This document shows, piece by piece, positions 62,905 through 64,000 of a stretch of DNA of 64,000 nt; positions within the stretch are counted from its first letter, which is position 1, and the number at the start of each line of letters is the position of its first letter. This stretch comes from Octopus vulgaris (taxonomy: Eukaryota). A program made the translations under genes and the position numbers. Below the pieces are notes generated by a model, which had not been told where the DNA came from, made no database searches, and worked only from the letters and a program-made list of their open reading frames with translations. The DNA is taken from NCBI GenBank assembly GCA_951406725.2, contig OX597826.1, positions 1,426,001 through 1,490,000 of the forward strand. Reading direction: 5' to 3'.

Positions 62905-63345
62905 TCACTTTATGTCCGTTGTCCATAATGGCATGGGTTGGACGATTTGACTGGGCTGGCATGCTGGAAAGCTGCACTAGGCTCCAGTCCGATTTGCCAT
63001 GGTTTTCTATGGCTGGATGCCCTTCCTAACACCAAACACTCCAAGAGTGTAATAGGTGCATTTACACGCCACCGGCACGGGTGCCATTTGTGTGACAATA
63101 GGGTGCATTTATGTGCCACTGGCATGGGTGCCAATTTGCATGACACTGGTATCTGTCACAACTGCAACTTTGCTCAGCTTGATGGGTTTTCTTCTCAAGC
63201 ATGACATAATGCCAAAGGTCTTGGTCATTGCCTCCATGAGGCCCAACGCTTGAAAGGAACACAACCACCTTGCCTCTGTGAGGCCCAACACTTGAAAAGA
63301 ACGCAGCCACTTTGCTTCCGTAAGGCCCAATGCTTGAAAGAGACT
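62905..63345 (-). mobile_element. Retroposon family C, long copy with a 42-bp tandem repeat (63228-63340)
   Basis: Family C tail motifs; the TTGCCTC..GAGGCCCAAC..TTGAAA unit starts at 63228, 63270 and 63312. Confidence 0.75.
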
Positions 63346-64000
63346 CATATAGTGTATGTGTGTGCAGTGTATAAAATACATCTCTAAATGTGTGTGTGTT
63401 ATATTTATTGCATGGTACTTTGGTTAAATATCTTCTAAAAGTAAATGAAATTCTGTTGAAATGAAACTATGTAGAGGCTTGTTGCTAAATAAACCATTCT
63501 GGTAACTGAATGAGTCAGACTTACTGTACACTATGTTAAAGCTGAACCTACATGAAAATGAATCTTACAGTGACAAAGAAACTATGGAATACACAGCCAC
63601 TGATACTATAAACAATTAGTGAATAGTTTCATTGATTGAATTGGAACATTCATTCACTAAAGCTGGCAAAATCTATTCATTCATTAGCTAATTCGTTTGT
63701 GATTATGTTAGCAAGCTTGCTATCATGATAGCTTAATAAGTGAATGCATTAAATCGTCACAGCATGGCTGAATTGTTAAGACGTTTGCTTTGCAATTACA
63801 AAGTTCAGGGTTCCATCTCACTGCATAAGTTCTCGAGCAAGTGTTTTTTTTTTCCATGATGAATATTTGGAAGGACTTGTGCTATGAATTAACATGGAAA
63901 GTGGTAGAATATTCCATGAACACATGTACCCTTAATGTAGTCCTTGACCCAGAATCTTGGGGTGAGCCAAGCCTTGCAGGTAGTATCAGTAATGAGACAG

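Overview
AT-rich, microsatellite-laden eukaryotic DNA. The SINE/MITE repertoire suggests an octopus (coleoid cephalopod) genome; this is inferred from pattern recognition, not a database hit. Most of the window is the 5' part of one large minus-strand gene for a protein 4.1/coracle-type FERM protein. Two phase-0 coding exons are solid (23917-23744 and 6772-6662) and splice to MARVNIQLLDGNISEFEIS|[30 protein letters not shown]. The next FERM exon was not found and probably lies beyond position 1. Three CpG-retaining zones carry good minus-strand splice donors and look like alternative promoters/first exons (~50.1k, ~35.1k, ~19.2k). A candidate exon at 15746-15519 could give an isoform with a replaced FERM N-terminus. 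The rest is intronic transposon debris: tRNA-derived SINE families, a maT (DD37D) element, a fish-like Tc1 fragment, a deleted piggyBac, Tigger, mariner, hAT and Helitron/Helentron-type elements, and LINE fragments. There is also a 22-bp minisatellite and a ~150-bp spacerless palindrome. Almost all listed ORFs are spurious. No prokaryotic-type system (CRISPR etc.) is present, and I see no firm evidence for a new biological system; the findings are candidates to test.
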